Below, piece after piece: positions 27,101-39,810 of a stretch of DNA of 64,000 bases (within the stretch, counting starts at the first letter, position 1; the number at the start of each line of letters is the position of its first letter). The notes under the pieces were generated by a model. That model saw nothing but the letters and a program-made list of their open reading frames with translations, had not been told where the DNA came from and made no database searches. The position numbers and the translations under genes were made by a program. The DNA lies in the NCBI GenBank assembly GCA_036172245.1, contig JAYWIR010000008.1, positions 3,038,001-3,102,000 of the forward strand, read 5' to 3'. The stretch is from Raillietiella orientalis (Eukaryota).

Positions 27101-30100
27101 AGGTGGACCACCGCGCCCCTCTTCCCCCGGGGTCGCCCCTGGTCGAACTCGCCGTCGCTTCCCGGGCGGCAGCTGTGCTCCAAGGGCGAGATCGGCTGCA
27201 GCGACTCACTGCGGAAGACCGACGAACGGTGCTCACGGCGGGAGACCGCGGCGGGCGCCTCGGAGGGCGATTTCGCGGTCTCTCAGCCACGTCGCCCTGA
27301 GGCGATTTGAGAATGAAGCGCAAGGCTCCTGACCTCCCGGCGCCCCCCTTCCCCGCACGTGGCTCACGCCCGCGGCGGGGCACGTGCGCACCCGCCTCCT
27401 CCAGGAGTGCACCCCGGATCGTCCAGGCGCCAACGACTACCACCCCCACAGCGGCAACCTCAAGACACCTGCAGCGCCTTTTCCTCCCTCCGTCACTTGG
27501 GATTCTGTGGGCGCAGCACGGGGTCGCCTATCCGCGAGCGCGCCCTAGACCCGGCGGCGTCTCTGAGCTCCCTCTCGACCTCATTCCTCCCTGGCACGCT
27601 TCCCGGGCGCGGTCTGGACCGTGGCAGGGGGGAGGCATCGTTGCGAGCCGTTCTTCCCCGGAGGGCTCGTCGGAGGCGCCAGGGCAGGAGGGGCGCGCCC
27701 GCCGCGGCCGTAACCGCGGGAGCGGGAGGAGTTCTTCGGGCGTTTTAAAGAGCGCCGAAGGTCAAATCGGTTCGCATTAGGGGAAGGACGGGCCCGCTCC
27801 CGGAGGGCGCTTTGCGGGGCTGCCATTAGGCCGTTTAGTGGGGATGCGGCGAAACCTGCGGTTTGCGCCGCCGTCTTCGGCCCGGCCGCAGCTCTCGTCG
27901 GCGCCTGCTTAGGGCGCTGCAGTGCAGGAAGGCGGGAGACCAATGGGTTCTCGTGGACCACCCCTCAGGAACGACTCCTGCACGGCGAACCGGACCGCGT
28001 CCTCCGGGAAAGAGAGAGGGAGGGAGAGGAATTTCCCTTCCGCCTTCGGCAGTCCCCCCTCTTTACGGAATGGCCGGTGGTGGGGAGTGACCTCACCTCT
28101 GAGGCCATCTCCCCCCTTTTCGTCGCCTGGTCTCCTAGAAAGCTCTAGCCGGGCGACAGGGGTCGGAGAACACGCCCGCATCCTTTGCAACGACGGGGGT
28201 CGCGATCCACTCGCAGCGGAGCTGCTGGATAAATCGCCTTCAGTTATCCCATGCTCTGGGCTCACTCCGGCAACGGATGGGGAAGGAGGAGACTCCATTT
28301 CACGACACGGGCAACGAGCGCCGGTTTCCTCCCTGTAGCGGATGCAGATCGGGACATCTCTCCGTGAGAGAGCTACCTGAGAGAAAGGGCGAATGGAAGT
28401 TCCCCCCTTCCCCTCGGGCAGCCCCTTTCCCTTGTCCAGGAGCCGCACGCTTGTCCTCTCCCGGGAATTTGATTTGAGGATCCGAATGCTGAAAGGCGCC
28501 ATTTTTCCTCGTCCGTCGCATCTCTTGCCCACTCAGGAGGCATAGCAAGATCTGCAGTAAGGGTTCGGGAGGGGCCTTCCCGTTTGCCGAGGGTGGCGCT
28601 GGCGCGTAGCCACGGGGAAAGGCCAGCAGCAGCAGCTGGCGATGGCGAAGTGTCTTCTGGGCGGGTTCCATGTCCAAGGTCACGAGGAAACCGCCAAGGG
28701 AGCGTAAGTACTGTCCAGCTGCCTTGTGCGGGCCGGTCCAGAGCCCTGTTCTCCCTCCGAGGGGTAAGGAGGAGTAGGGTGGGTTGTGCGCCCCGGAAAC
28801 TGGCTGATATGTTGTCACCCGATCGCTCCCCCATATCCTCTCTTCCCGCCTCAATCCTCCTTCCCAGCAACGGTTAGTCCTTCCCTTCTTCTTCCGAATT
28901 GCTTTCCAGCGAACCTTTCCCGCCAAACGCCCCGGGTCGGCTCTCCGCAGCTTCCTCCCACCTACCCATCTACCTCTTCATAGCTTGCTCCCCAGTCTCA
29001 TTTGCCGGCGAATTCGAACCCTTCCGACCCTTCGCAGCTACCCTTCGCCTGATCCCCTCTCCTCTTCGGGAGTAGCAACCAGAGCGCCTCCCGACTTCCG
29101 GGACCCCTCGGCAAAGCGTTCCCGACCCCTTCGGATCTTCTCCCGAAGGGAGACTGCGGAGACTGCGTTGTTACGCAGGCTCCGCGCTCGCGCCTACGGC
29201 GCGCGGAGAGGGACCCGAGGGAGTCGCCAGCTTGTTGCTATGGCACCCGCCGCCCCTTTCTCCCGCGTGAGCACTGGCTTCCATGACGACGCCGGCCGCC
29301 GGAGAGTTCGGGACCCTCTAGGGGATTGCCGCCGCCCCACTTTCCTCGCCGGCTGTCCGTCTGCGTCCTCCCCACCAGCCCCGAATTTTGGCAACAAGCG
29401 GACCGCCCGCCGCGAGGTCGGACTGGAGGAGGCTATTCGGACTCGTCTCCCGGGCGACGGACCACCTCCCCTCACAGTCTCTTGGTTCGCGTCCATGTTG
29501 CGGACGCCGAAGGCTACCGCTGGCGGCAATGCCGGCAGCGCCACCAGAGCCACCGACGTTGCCATGCCCAGCGTCTGCCTCGGTCAGCACCGCTCGGCAA
29601 AGCAGGAAGAGCGTGCGCTCCTCTAAGGCATCACGAAAGAAAGAGCAGACCGGAAGAACCGAAGGAAAGCGGAAGGGACAGCTCCCGGAGCGCGCGCGTC
29701 CTTCCCGGCAGGACACCCCCTGCCAGTGGCTTCTGGGAAAAAACGGGAGATTCGCCCCGAGCCAACAGCCGACGCGCGCCGCCGGCAGCCCGCAGCTGCC
29801 GCCTGCGCGGCTCAAATGGCGGACTCCCGCGCTCACATCCCCGGGACGAGAGGGGACGCGTCGAGAAGGGGCAGGTGGTGGCTCGCAACGACCTCCGGGA
29901 ATCACCGCGCGCGCAGCAGCAGCACACGCACGGGGGAAGCACTGAGGCGGCGCTCTCGCGTGCACGTGAGGGCGGCGACGCGCGCGGCCGCGCAAATGCC
30001 CCACCCACCGGCAGGCGACAGGCCGGTGCTGCCCTGACCTCCTCCTTCCTTCGCGTGATGCACCGGTCACCGCGCGCGCAACCACGTCGCGCGGAGACCG

Positions 30101-30610
30101 GCTGGTTGCTCAGCGCATTCCCCACACCGCACGGAAATGACCCGCCATCGCCACTGAGCAACCCATCCACCCTCCCATCCGTGCAGAGAGGCTGCCCGTT
30201 GCCACACAAAAGGCCGTTTGCACACGGGGCGGGCCTCGTCATGCAGCTGACACACCCATCCCCCTCCGATGGTGGGGGGCCGCCGACGCCAAGTTGGACA
30301 TCCGCGCGTCTCCGAGTCCCTGTCCGAGAGTCCTCCCTCGCTGTCCCAGGGGAGGGCTCGGCGACGCCGGCGCAGGCACCACTGGACTTGACGCTGGCTC
30401 CCAGGTGACCCGCCGCCCTTCCTTCCTCAGAAGAGCTTACCTGAAGAAGTCGTCGCGGCAGAAGAGCTTCCCTTCGCGGGTGAAGCACCGCTCCGTGAGG
30501 TGGCAGCTGCACTCGGCGCAGCGCACGCAGGAGGCGTGCCAGGCCCGGTCCAGGACGCTGAGGAGGAAACGGTCCAGGATGGGCTTGTCGCAGCCCCCAC
30601 AGCAGATCAT
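21167..30610 (-). CDS. Lhx1/5: LIM/homeobox transcription factor, Lhx1/5 class (Lim1/lin-11-like), 5 coding exons, ~436 aa
   Basis: Exons: 30610-30441 (LIM1, [57 protein letters not shown]), 24618-24407 (LIM2, [33 protein letters not shown]...FICVEDY), 22314-21878 (homeodomain [47 protein letters not shown]), 21746-21434 ([16 protein letters not shown]) and 21345-21167 (ends IQEGPLW*). All introns are GT-AG with matching phases (2,1,0,1); total 1311 nt. An acceptor at 30633 suggests a further upstream exon may exist. Confidence 0.95.
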
Positions 30611-32195
30611 GGCCGCAGTGGCGGCTGTCCGACTGCGGAAGGGACGGGTCAAGGGGGTGAGCACGGGCGTGGCGTCATGCGGCGGGCGCGCAGCCGCTTT
30701 CGTCTCTTCAGTGAGAGAGTCACCGAGGTCGGGTCGACACAGCGCCTCACGCGCCCAGCTGGCAGCTCCCTCAGCCGGTGAGGCGCAGACTGGAGCGCGC
30801 CCTCTCGGTGCCGCGGACTTACGTCTGACGGCTCGGAGGGGAGGAGCTTCCCCCATCTCTCTCTCCCTCTCTCCCCCTCCTCCCCCTCCCTCTCCCCCTC
30901 CTCTTCCCCTCCGCCGGAAAGCGAGGCAGAGGCGGCCGCCGCTCATTCGCCAGGAGGCGCGCCGGTGGGAGGAGCCGGCAGCCGCAGAGATCGCGTCTCC
31001 GGGAAGAAACGAATGGCTGTGAGCCGGGCGCCACGCCAGTGCGATCTTCCGCTTCCTCGAGAGAGAGCGCCTGCGCACGCGAGCGGGGCGCCGCGGCGAA
31101 GGCGAAGGCGAAGGCGACGGGCGCGTTATCTCCGGGAGGAACCACGCTCGCGCGCTCCCGGAGGGGAAGGAACGAACTCCTTCGGCGGCGGCGGCAAAGA
31201 GGGAGAAGGAGCAGCAGGCGACAGTGGAGGCCCCCCCACCTCTCTCTCTCTCTCTCTCTCCGGTTTCGCGGGGGGCACGGCCCCCGCTAGCCCTCCCTCC
31301 CCGGACTGGGGTTTTGCCCTTCGTGCCGATCCCTCTTCCAGTTTGCCCTCTTCGACGGAGCAACTCCCTCTCGTCGTCAGCGCGGCTGGAGAATTTGGCG
31401 GGAAGCCGCAAACGGCTGTTCCCGCTCCCCCCCCTCCCTAGAGAGTGGTCCCACTTCCCTCTCCCCTCTTCCCTTCTCGCCCCGCAGTGGCAGCCGCCCC
31501 TGTTTCCGAAGCTCGAGGTCATGCGAGCCTGGAGGGCGCTGCCTCTCTTTCTCGGGTCGGGTTCTCGCGGCACGGGGTGAGCAAAACTCCCCCTCCTCCC
31601 CCCCTGATGCCCTGACTTCCTCTTCGCAAGCGCCTCGGGCGGGAGAAGACGCCGTCCCCGTGGCAAAGAAGGAAGGGGCATCCCTGCTAGGAGGATTTGA
31701 TCGGTGCCTCCGTCCTCCACTCGGGGGGTAGCGGACAATCGTCTCCTTCCCCTCCTTTTGCGGTCCCCCAGGGGAGCCTCAGGCGGGAGGCCGAGAGGAG
31801 AAAGGCTATTTCCTCTTCGCCCCTCTCCACGTCGGTGGAATAGGCAGCAGCACCAGGAAGAGGGGAAAGGGAGGGAGGCAGGTCTTCTCTTTCCTCGCGC
31901 TGCCTGCCTCAGCGCGCCTGCCATCTAGGGAGAGGCAACCGAAGCGTGCCCGAGTCCGCCCTTGTGAATGGCAGTGCGTGGACTCCCCTCCCTCCCTGCC
32001 TCGTGGCGATCGGGTAGCTGCCTCCCATCCCCAAAGCTCTTCCCTCCGAAGGTCGTCCCCAGAACGACCGAGCGACGTCCGTCACTCCGGGAGCGCCCAG
32101 CCTCCGTAACGCTTCGTCCGGACGACCCCTGGCAAACAGCCGCGCAGTCGATGGCCCAAACGCTCACTGCTCTCCGCGGAGGGAGCTGAGCTGGA

Positions 32196-32253
32196 GGTCC
32201 TGTAGCTGCGGTCTCCACGCGCTCAGCACCGAGAGTTGCGGGTTCGAATCCCC
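32196..32253 (+). other. tRNA-like Pol III internal promoter remnant (SINE head or tRNA pseudogene)
   Basis: Perfect B-box GGTTCGAATCC at 32241-32251, with a degenerate A-box-like TAGCTGCGG about 38 nt upstream. No complete cloverleaf could be folded. Confidence 0.35.
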
Positions 32254-34259
32254 AATTGGAGAATCGACGCCCAGAGAAACGGGTGATGCGTCACAAGTTT
32301 CGAGTTACTCCCCCGCAGGATGACGTTGGCTGGCCTGCGGGCGCGGTGCTGGAAGAAGCCGAAAACCCGGATGCCTCCGATGAGTGGCCGGGATAGGAAT
32401 TCGACCCTCCGGGGTCCTTCCAGGAATTGGAATCAAGGAGCCGGTTGTGAATATGCAACCTTTCCCTCTCCCCCTTTCCTTTCGAGGGGGGACCCTTCAT
32501 CTCGTACCATGGAGCTGATGGATCGATACGTCTCAAGTGTGTGAAAAAGCGCGCTGCTGCTCCCTTCTGGGAGCGATCTTTCAGAGAAAATTCGGAAGCG
32601 TTCCTTCGGGATCCTTTTCAGGGAAGCAGGAAACCAGGAACAGATCCCTTGCTGGAGGGAGGTCCCTCCAGAGAAGGAATTCCAGGAGCGGATCCTTCAG
32701 AGAAGAAGGAATGGCGTGACTCTTTCGGAGGCACCCTCGGGTGGCGTGGACCGCGTTGAAGAGCTTCGTGAGCCCCGGGCGAGCGGCTCTCCAGCACTTG
32801 GAGGACCAGAATAAGAAAAAAAAAAACTCCAGCCTCCTAGAGTTTCCCTCTCGCCTCCTCCTCCTTCCCTTTTCCGATTCTCATTTTTTCCGATGCTTCC
32901 CGGGACGCATGCGCGCGCGACCTCTTGCTTTCCGCGGACGAACGCGACGTGACGGTCCTGCTGCCCCCTGGAGGGAGCAGCGCTCCTCGGGAGAAGCCTT
33001 CCCCATCCTGTTTCCTGGAAGGCCCTCGGTGCAGCATCCGTTTGGACTTGGGGCGATCTCCTGAGGGACTTGACCTCTCGAGCCCGTCCCGGGCGCGAGG
33101 GAGGATACCGCGCCGGTTACCGGGTACCCTCTGCATTCTTCCGCAGCTGCCGGAGCTCGGCTTCCCTGATTGGGCTCGCGCGCGCGCCCGATTCCAGTCT
33201 GATACGCGTTTAATCATCTCCTCCCGTCAGAGAAAATCGCGCCGATTTTAATTGTTTCCAGGGAGACGAGATGGAGCGTTGCAGAGAAATTAAAAAGGGA
33301 GGTTCCGTGGAGACAGTGGCTCAGGTAATGACAGGCTTCGCCTGTGCGCGCCCAATTCCGGCGAATCGAAATGGGACGTCCCTCCGCACGAAGGAAGTGC
33401 GGGAAGAGGCAGCTCCTACGCTGGGAAGGCGTCGGCGTCGGCAAAGCATGATCAGCCCTGCCGGGATGCCGGGACGGACATGCTGGTGCCGGCGAGGCCG
33501 AAGAACTGTCGTAGGGAACGGACGGGGTGGACGGGTGCCTGGTCGTGCACCTGTCGCTCTCCTTCGGAGGCTGGAGGGTCGTTGCGCGGGCAGCGGGTGC
33601 GACCCAGCAGAGGGATCGTTCGTGTGAGCTTGTCGGGAGCCCCCGGCTGCCGGCACGCTGGAACACCTTCCGCTATGGAGCACGCGCGACGGCGCCATTC
33701 ACGGCGCAGTGCGGCATGCGAGCTTGCCGGATCGCAATCGTTTCAGGGCGCATGCGCCGGCTGGTGCCGACGCTCGACCGGGCCGCCTTTCTGCTCTCGA
33801 AGCCTGGAAAGCGCCGATTCTTTGCCGCGCCTGCGCGAGCGTGAGCGAACGCCCCGAGTTGCGCGCGGTGCCCCACCTCCTTCTCCTCCTTGCAACCTCA
33901 GATGCCTTTTGCGCAGTCTGGCCCCGCGTGCATGGAGATGCCATGCGCCGCCTCGGCATCGCCAATGGCTTCTTGCGCAGCAGCGAAATTCCAAGAGCTC
34001 CGTCCGTTGCTGTCAACAACCTACCCCTCGCATCTCTGCTTCGGAAGCAGTAGTGGAGCAGATGCCAACAACGAGTATCCCGGATCCAGGATCGACCATG
34101 GAACCGAGGGAAGAAAGGAAAACGCCAAGAATAGAAGAGGGAGGCGATGAGCGAGGGAGACCCTAAAAGGAAAAGAACAACCAGAATGCTGCAGGACTCG
34201 CGTAGCAGCCACTGCTTTCAGCATCCTACCCTTTTCTTTCGGGAACATTGAAGTCCCCT

Positions 34260-35160
34260 TTCTAGAACTGGAAAAGGCCCCAGATCGTCAGCATCCACAC
34301 CAGATGGAGCTTTCGCCTCTGTCTGAAGGGGGGTGCCACTCCCGCTCGAACCACCAGATGCCTCCGGCACCTAGGCAATCTATCTGATTCCCTCGCCTGG
34401 TAAACCACGAAGACCGATTTCCGTTCCCTGCATCCCTCCATCTCCAGTTGTTCCGGAGCCGTGCCGACCCCTCTTAAGCAACTGGGATTTCTCCCTGAAG
34501 GGAAGGAGGAGGGAGGGAATCACGAACCGCTGGGTACCTCGCCTATCCATACGCGTTCCTGCTCTGTTCGTTAACTCCTCTGTTCACTAGTCAGGAGAAT
34601 CCTGGACCTCCGACCTGCAAATCCCTGGACACCTGGTTCGGCATCGCCCGCATCTCTTCTAGACCTCTAGACAAATCGCTCCGCCGGGTTTAGAAATCCA
34701 AGACACGGAGAAGAAAGGGGTCAAAGGCAGGTCGTATCCAGGCCAGTTTCCTTGGATATCCAAGGACGCGCGATTTCGTGCGGCATGTCTGACACCCACG
34801 GTCTCTCGAGGCACCCCTGATTTCCAGGTTCGATAGGCGCCTTCCATTGACCTTTGAATCTTCTCCGAGTCATGGATTGCGAAGAGCGCATGCTACGGAA
34901 CGAAAAGCCGAACTAAAGTCGAGAAATGGCCTAGGGAGCTTTTGACCTCCTGAACCCAAACGTCACGGTGACACAAATTCATCCTCACTCCTTCCTCTCA
35001 TCTGTTATCCAGACTCAAGAGTCAGGTGACGTTCATTGCGGCAGGTCCATCCGCTCTCCTCCAGACACTTCAATTCCGTTCTTGGAAACTGAGATGCAGG
35101 TGCGTGGCCGAAGACAATCCCGAGAAGGTCCACATCCCACTCCTGTTCAGAAGCCGAGGC
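34260..35160 (+). mobile_element. Decayed non-LTR retrotransposon (LINE) reverse transcriptase
   Basis: Ordered motifs across frameshifts: KAPD (34274), LIPSPGKPRRPISV (34384; LIPKPGK..YRPIS), GFR (34686), VSLDIQG..DFVRH (34746; sLDI.gAFD.v.H) and LLQT...W...NPEK...LLFRSR (~35055-35155). No intact YADD. Confidence 0.55.
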
Positions 35161-36456
35161 TCGAAACCTCCATCCGCTGCCGGTCGTCAGGAGAAGACTG
35201 GCAGACCCGGACGAGATCCTTCCTTCTGTACCTTTCCTCCCTTCCGATAGTAGCCATCCTTCCAGTCTATGGTCAAGGGCTCTCTGAATAGCATCAGAAG
35301 GAGAGATGGCATTGTGCACCAAGGGAGAGTAAAAAAAAAAAAAAAGAAAAAAAAAAAGGAAGGAAGCTACGCCCACGCATTCGAGCGTGGATGCCTACCG
35401 AATAGACAGCTGCCCCCTCCCGGCCAACTCGTTTTGAGGGAAAAAGGCGGCACGTGCTCTCCCTTGAAGGCGCAGGCAAACCTAAGAGGATGGACTCTCC
35501 AGGACTCCTTGTTCCTTCGAGTCCCCACCAGCTGGAACTCCTACTCCTTTGCTCTGAAGCCTCCGTTTTCGAGGTGCTTGGGAGGGGAGGGAAGCATGTC
35601 AGCCGCTTTGATACCAGGAGGTACATTTTGTAAGAAAGGGTTACGGGTGTGCCCCTGCTGCATTGTTTGCGGACCCACCCCTTTCAATTCCCACTTCCGG
35701 TTCCAGCTGTTTGTTTTCACGTAGAGAGAGTTTCCACTGCATCTCTCCAGCAAGCCTCCATTGTCTCTCTGAGAGGAGGGGTCCGCCCTCGCCTCTCCTG
35801 GAGCAAATCCCAAACCCCCCTTGCCTCCGAAAGAGGAAAGTCCCGTTCCCGGTCCGAGGAAGGGAAGGGAGCAAGGGGGGACGCTCTCCCGGCAGACGAT
35901 CGGCAGACGGAAATGACGGCACCCTTCTGGCTTTTTGTGCGACGGAATTTTGAAGTGGCGACCCCTCGCCTTTCATGGATCTCAGCGTCTTTGTCCCGCC
36001 TCTCTTGAGGATGCTCGCTTTCCAGATTTCAACTCGAAAAGAGGAACGATAGGAATGCCAGGCTTTCTCGGTTTCGATTCCTGCCCGCGCGAAGATTGAG
36101 GGAAAGATGTTGCACGTGTAGCGAGACATCGTCTCCTTGCTGCTCCCTTCTCCCCACTCCAGATTCGTAAGGGAATGTTCAGCCACCTCATGGTCCTCAC
36201 AGTCCGGACCCTGAATTCGAACGCCTCAGAAGAGGATCCTATGCTTCCACAGGAAATTCCTCCTTCAATGGGTGCCTCAAACAAAGTTCCTCCGTCCGAA
36301 GCAACGAATGGCTTTTCCCGTTCCTCCTCGAAAGACGGTCCTCTTTCTCCTCCCATTTTCGTTCCCACAGATCCCGCCCGTCTTCGTTTCCGGACTCTAC
36401 CTACTCCTTCTCTCTTCCTCCCTTCTTCCTCTTCCTTTCTTCCACCTCCTCGCTCC

Positions 36457-36480
36457 ATCATCATCATCATCATCATCATC
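36457..36480. repeat. (CAT/ATC)n microsatellite
   Basis: About 8 perfect trinucleotide units. Confidence 0.85.
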
Positions 36481-37839
36481 GGAAGAAACGCCAAATGAAT
36501 CTTGAACGGGTGTGGCAGCTCCTCGAGCTCTCGTCGCAACGACCGGCGCAGAGCACCCTGGACACGGGATCCGCGGCCTCAAAGAGTGATGCTTGGGCAG
36601 AGGTCCTTGGAACTATCACTTCCGGATCGGAAGAAGTCTTCTGGAGTGTCGTGTGACCTCCTTTCAGGAGAAATCTGCCGGACTATCACGTGAACTTGGG
36701 ACTCGCTCCTGGATAAAGGTGGAGCCGACGCGATCTATTCCAAGGAGGGCGGGGAACCGCGGTCTTCCGGCATGTCTGGGTGGAAAAAGTAACCCAGAGA
36801 GTCCTTTAGGGCCGCCAGCCACTCTGAAGGCTGAGATCGCGGGAACCAGGCGTGTCGGTCGTTCTGGTCGCTCGAGGGGTCCTCCGTGGTTGCTCCGCAG
36901 ATCCGCAACTTTCGAGCTGGGGAGCTGAAGAGAAATCGCGCTCACTTCCGGTGCAGCTGGAGTGCAAGGTCGCTTTCTTCGCTCCTCTGGTGACCCTGGG
37001 ACGTTTATTGTCAAAAGAAAAAAAAAATGCAAGTGAGCTGTCAAACATCTACGCAAAAGCACTTTGTCCACAGTAGAATTCCTACCACATGTGTAAGGCG
37101 TCCTGGAGACATTCCTTCCAGCCAGCACGCTGCACAAAGAGGTTCTCTTCGGGGGAGATGGGAAGACGAGGGAAAAAATAAAAACAAATATCCTCGCATG
37201 TCGGGAGAAGGAGGGTAGGAATGGGAAAGGAATTACAAATAGTACCCAGGAGTCCTCTCCATCCTCTGAGGGATGCTGGAGAATTCCTCCTTGAATCAGG
37301 TGGGGCCATCTCAACGTGATCCTCAAGAAGGAAGTAATGCTGGGTATGGTGTCCCAGAATTCCTGTACCCTTTCAGCGTAGCTTCGTGCCGTAGCTATTC
37401 CGCGGCGGAAGCAGAGGGCTGAGCTCCTAGGCAGGTGCCTCTACTTTCCTCCCGAAGAGTCCCTTCTCTGCGCCCCAGTTTGTTCATCAGGAGCTGGAGA
37501 AGCCCTGGCTGGATGCTCTGACGCATGCCGGAGAGCAGCACAATCCTCTAGAATCCCCCCCCCCCTCTTCTGGCACAGCTCAGCGAGGCCCTCTTCTGCT
37601 CATCTTCTACCATAGAAGTCAGAATCCTGCCGCCTCGAGCTTCCCGTTCGTGGCTCCCCTCTTCCCTTCCAAAGATCATTACTCTTGGTCTGCGCCTCCG
37701 TTGAACTGCTCCAGAGAGCGCGTGTATCCGCCGATGAAGGAGAGCGCTCCCTTCCAGACGGGAGTTCAGCTCCTTCGGCGTCTCCTTGCACACCGCTGGA
37801 GTCACAGGACACTGATGCTGGCACGCGGGCACCGGAGCC

Positions 37840-38270
37840 TTCGAATGATGAGACCGGACAAACGGAGAAGCTCATCTGTTCTAATGTTTTCGGCGATTGG
37901 GCCGAAGCGGTCTTCCGCCTCGTTTGCACCCCCCGGGGCCATCCAGCCGTGGTGAGCAGCAGGAAGGAGACCTTTTGCTGCTGGCTGCCCTGCACGGAGA
38001 TGCTCCCATGTGCGAGGAGCGGAAGAGGAAAATCTCTTCTGCAGCTGGAACCAGCTGAAGAACGCCTTCCTCCTGCTTTTCTGCTCCAAATGGAACCAGC
38101 CGAAGAATGCTTCCTTCCGTTCACAAAGAAGAACCTGTGCGGATCCACCTGGGATGACCTGGGAGAGTTTCCTCCCATGTCGGGAATTTCGCATCGGATG
38201 GCTCCCGGGAAGAAGGCAACGCTCCTCAGGATTTCCCCGGGCGAGCGTGCGTGCGCTTCCGAATTTCCAC
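37840..38270 (+). mobile_element. Possible decayed hAT transposase fragment (ZMYM1/THAP12/Tip100-type)
   Basis: One frame contains NDETGQTEKLIC...EAVFRLV (DETtD...EQl...E.Flg) followed by NLCGSTWDD...MSGISHRMA (rGQ.YDGA..MSG...GVa). It also contains an imperfect 45-bp-period duplication starting at 38046 and 38091. Confidence 0.3.
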
Positions 38271-38479
38271 CTATGCGGAAGTGCTGGGATGGATGTGGAG
38301 TTCACAGCGGAATGGCATGCAAACGAAAGGAAAAAGAGAGAGAGGGAGAGAGATTTGGAAAAACGGAGTGCGTGATCCGCGCAAACAATTCATTCTTCTC
38401 CCCATTTCCCGCTTGATGGCGCTGCAGTCACTTTCATAATTCACAGTGCTCTTTTGCCTTTTGGAATTTCCAATATCGG

Positions 38480-39810
38480 AAGGCATGAAGAATAGCTTCT
38501 CGCATGGCTTCTCCGAGCAATTTTCATCAGGAACAGCACAACAGGCTCCACTGCTCGCCTATCCCCAAAATACGGTACGGATGAGATTTAATAAACATCC
38601 AGTATTGTTTCGTCATTTGTTTTTGGAGGCTGGATTGCGAAACTTGTCGGAAGCTAATGAAGTGGGAGGCCTGTCGTCCCATATAATATTATGTTTCGTG
38701 GCTTCGGTAGACACCCCGTACCTCAGAAAGGAAGAAGAAAACAAGAACGCAATTAATTCAGGCTTTTCCTAGTCCTGACATCATGGAACAAAATTTATTT
38801 GGTTCCGCCCTGTTTCCCGGTCAGAAGCCAAATGGCCTTGCAGCAAGAAATAGTAGAGCATTTTTCTCTTGCCATCTATGGCAATGAATCTCATTGTGCA
38901 ACTGATCATTAGAATCCTTCGTCGTCCAGCTCGATTTATTTCCGTCGATAAAACCTCTTACACCTCTCTGCGTGTTTTTCCGTCGCTCCTTCCATTACTG
39001 CTGATTACCTCTGTAAAAGTATGCTCTGCACATGCTGGAGTACCTGCGATGTTGCTCGCCCTTCCCGCGTACCGGGCCGCGAACCCGCCTTTCTTACTTC
39101 TTCAATGGCAAGGGGAGGTCCAGCCACAACAGCTGACTGAATCCTTCTCTCCACGCGAAACGAAAGAGGAATCAAGACGAGATTTCCCTCGCGTGGAAAT
39201 CTCGCCTCGAGCCACACTCGGTGGCTTCCCGATTTTCCTGAAGGCGGGAGCTGCTCCGACACGATCCCCTCGCTCAAGATGATGATGGTGCAGCATTCTT
39301 CGAGAGATCTTCTCAGGGAGCGTTTCTTAGCTCCGGGATTTCGAATCCGGCGAAGATTGTTCGTCCTCCCATTTGTTTTTGTGTTTGTTGGTTTGTTTTG
39401 CAAAGAAATAGATTGGTTGGGCAGAAACGCGACTTTTCCACAGAGGCCCACCTGCCGAACCTCAGCAGCAAGAACGAAGCGTTCCAACAGCTCTCGTGTG
39501 TTCCCATCCGAACGAAAATAAGAGTTGATGAAGCAACGGCCTTCTGCGGAAGGAAGGCAGCGCTGTCGTGTGCTTCCAAAAAGAAGCCTGCCATCGTGCT
39601 GCATTGCTCTCTTTGGGAAGAATTCCTCAGCAGAAGTCATGCATCCACGACCCGAAATCTGTTTAACCACGCATAAAGGATTAATTGGCAGGCCGGATGT
39701 AGAGGCAAGGAATGTGGAGATATTGAGGGCTCTCCTTCTTGGAATCGAACTGAGCTGAGAATCCTGGGCACTCCGGGAAAGTTCCCACTGAGTTTAATGA
39801 TTTGAAAATG
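38480..39810 (+). mobile_element. Decayed hAT Buster/Charlie-type (ZBED5/SCAND3/GTF2IRD2-like) transposase
   Basis: Collinear family motifs: SSHIILCFVASVDTPYLRKEE (ASy.va..iAk..kPht.gE), SMAMNLIVQLIIRILRRPARFISVDKTS (ma.di..QL...lDEST, ~38870-38960), VDEATAFCGRKAAL...KKKPAIVLHCSLWEEFL (TDGA.aM.G.ksG...p....HC.iH.e.L, 39524-39630) and TELRILGTPGK (TEvRWLsrGk, 39749). Multiple stops, frameshifts and insertions. Confidence 0.6.

Noticed and set aside
28300..28926. Minus-strand ORF with faint LINE-like YLRSLGGFL and LLQILLCLL segments in Lhx1/5 intron 1
   Set aside because: Too few ordered motifs to support a call.
30611..31924. Long in-frame N-terminal extension of Lhx1/5 (495-aa ORF)
   Set aside because: It is low-complexity, runs through CT microsatellite, and a good splice acceptor lies at 30633. 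It is more likely intron or UTR, although this cannot be excluded without cDNA.
32196..32270. Functional tRNA gene
   Set aside because: A B-box is present, but the acceptor stem and D-arm cannot be paired and no poly-T terminator follows. Kept only as a remnant.
38046..38118. Direct repeat pair that could suggest a repeat-spacer array
   Set aside because: Only two imperfect copies, so a local tandem duplication. No CRISPR-like or regular array was seen anywhere in the window.
39005..39670. Minus-strand ORF with Gag-like RELLERFVLAAE...KVAFL
   Set aside because: The opposite strand gives a much longer collinear set of Buster-type hAT motifs, so the Gag resemblance is probably coincidental.
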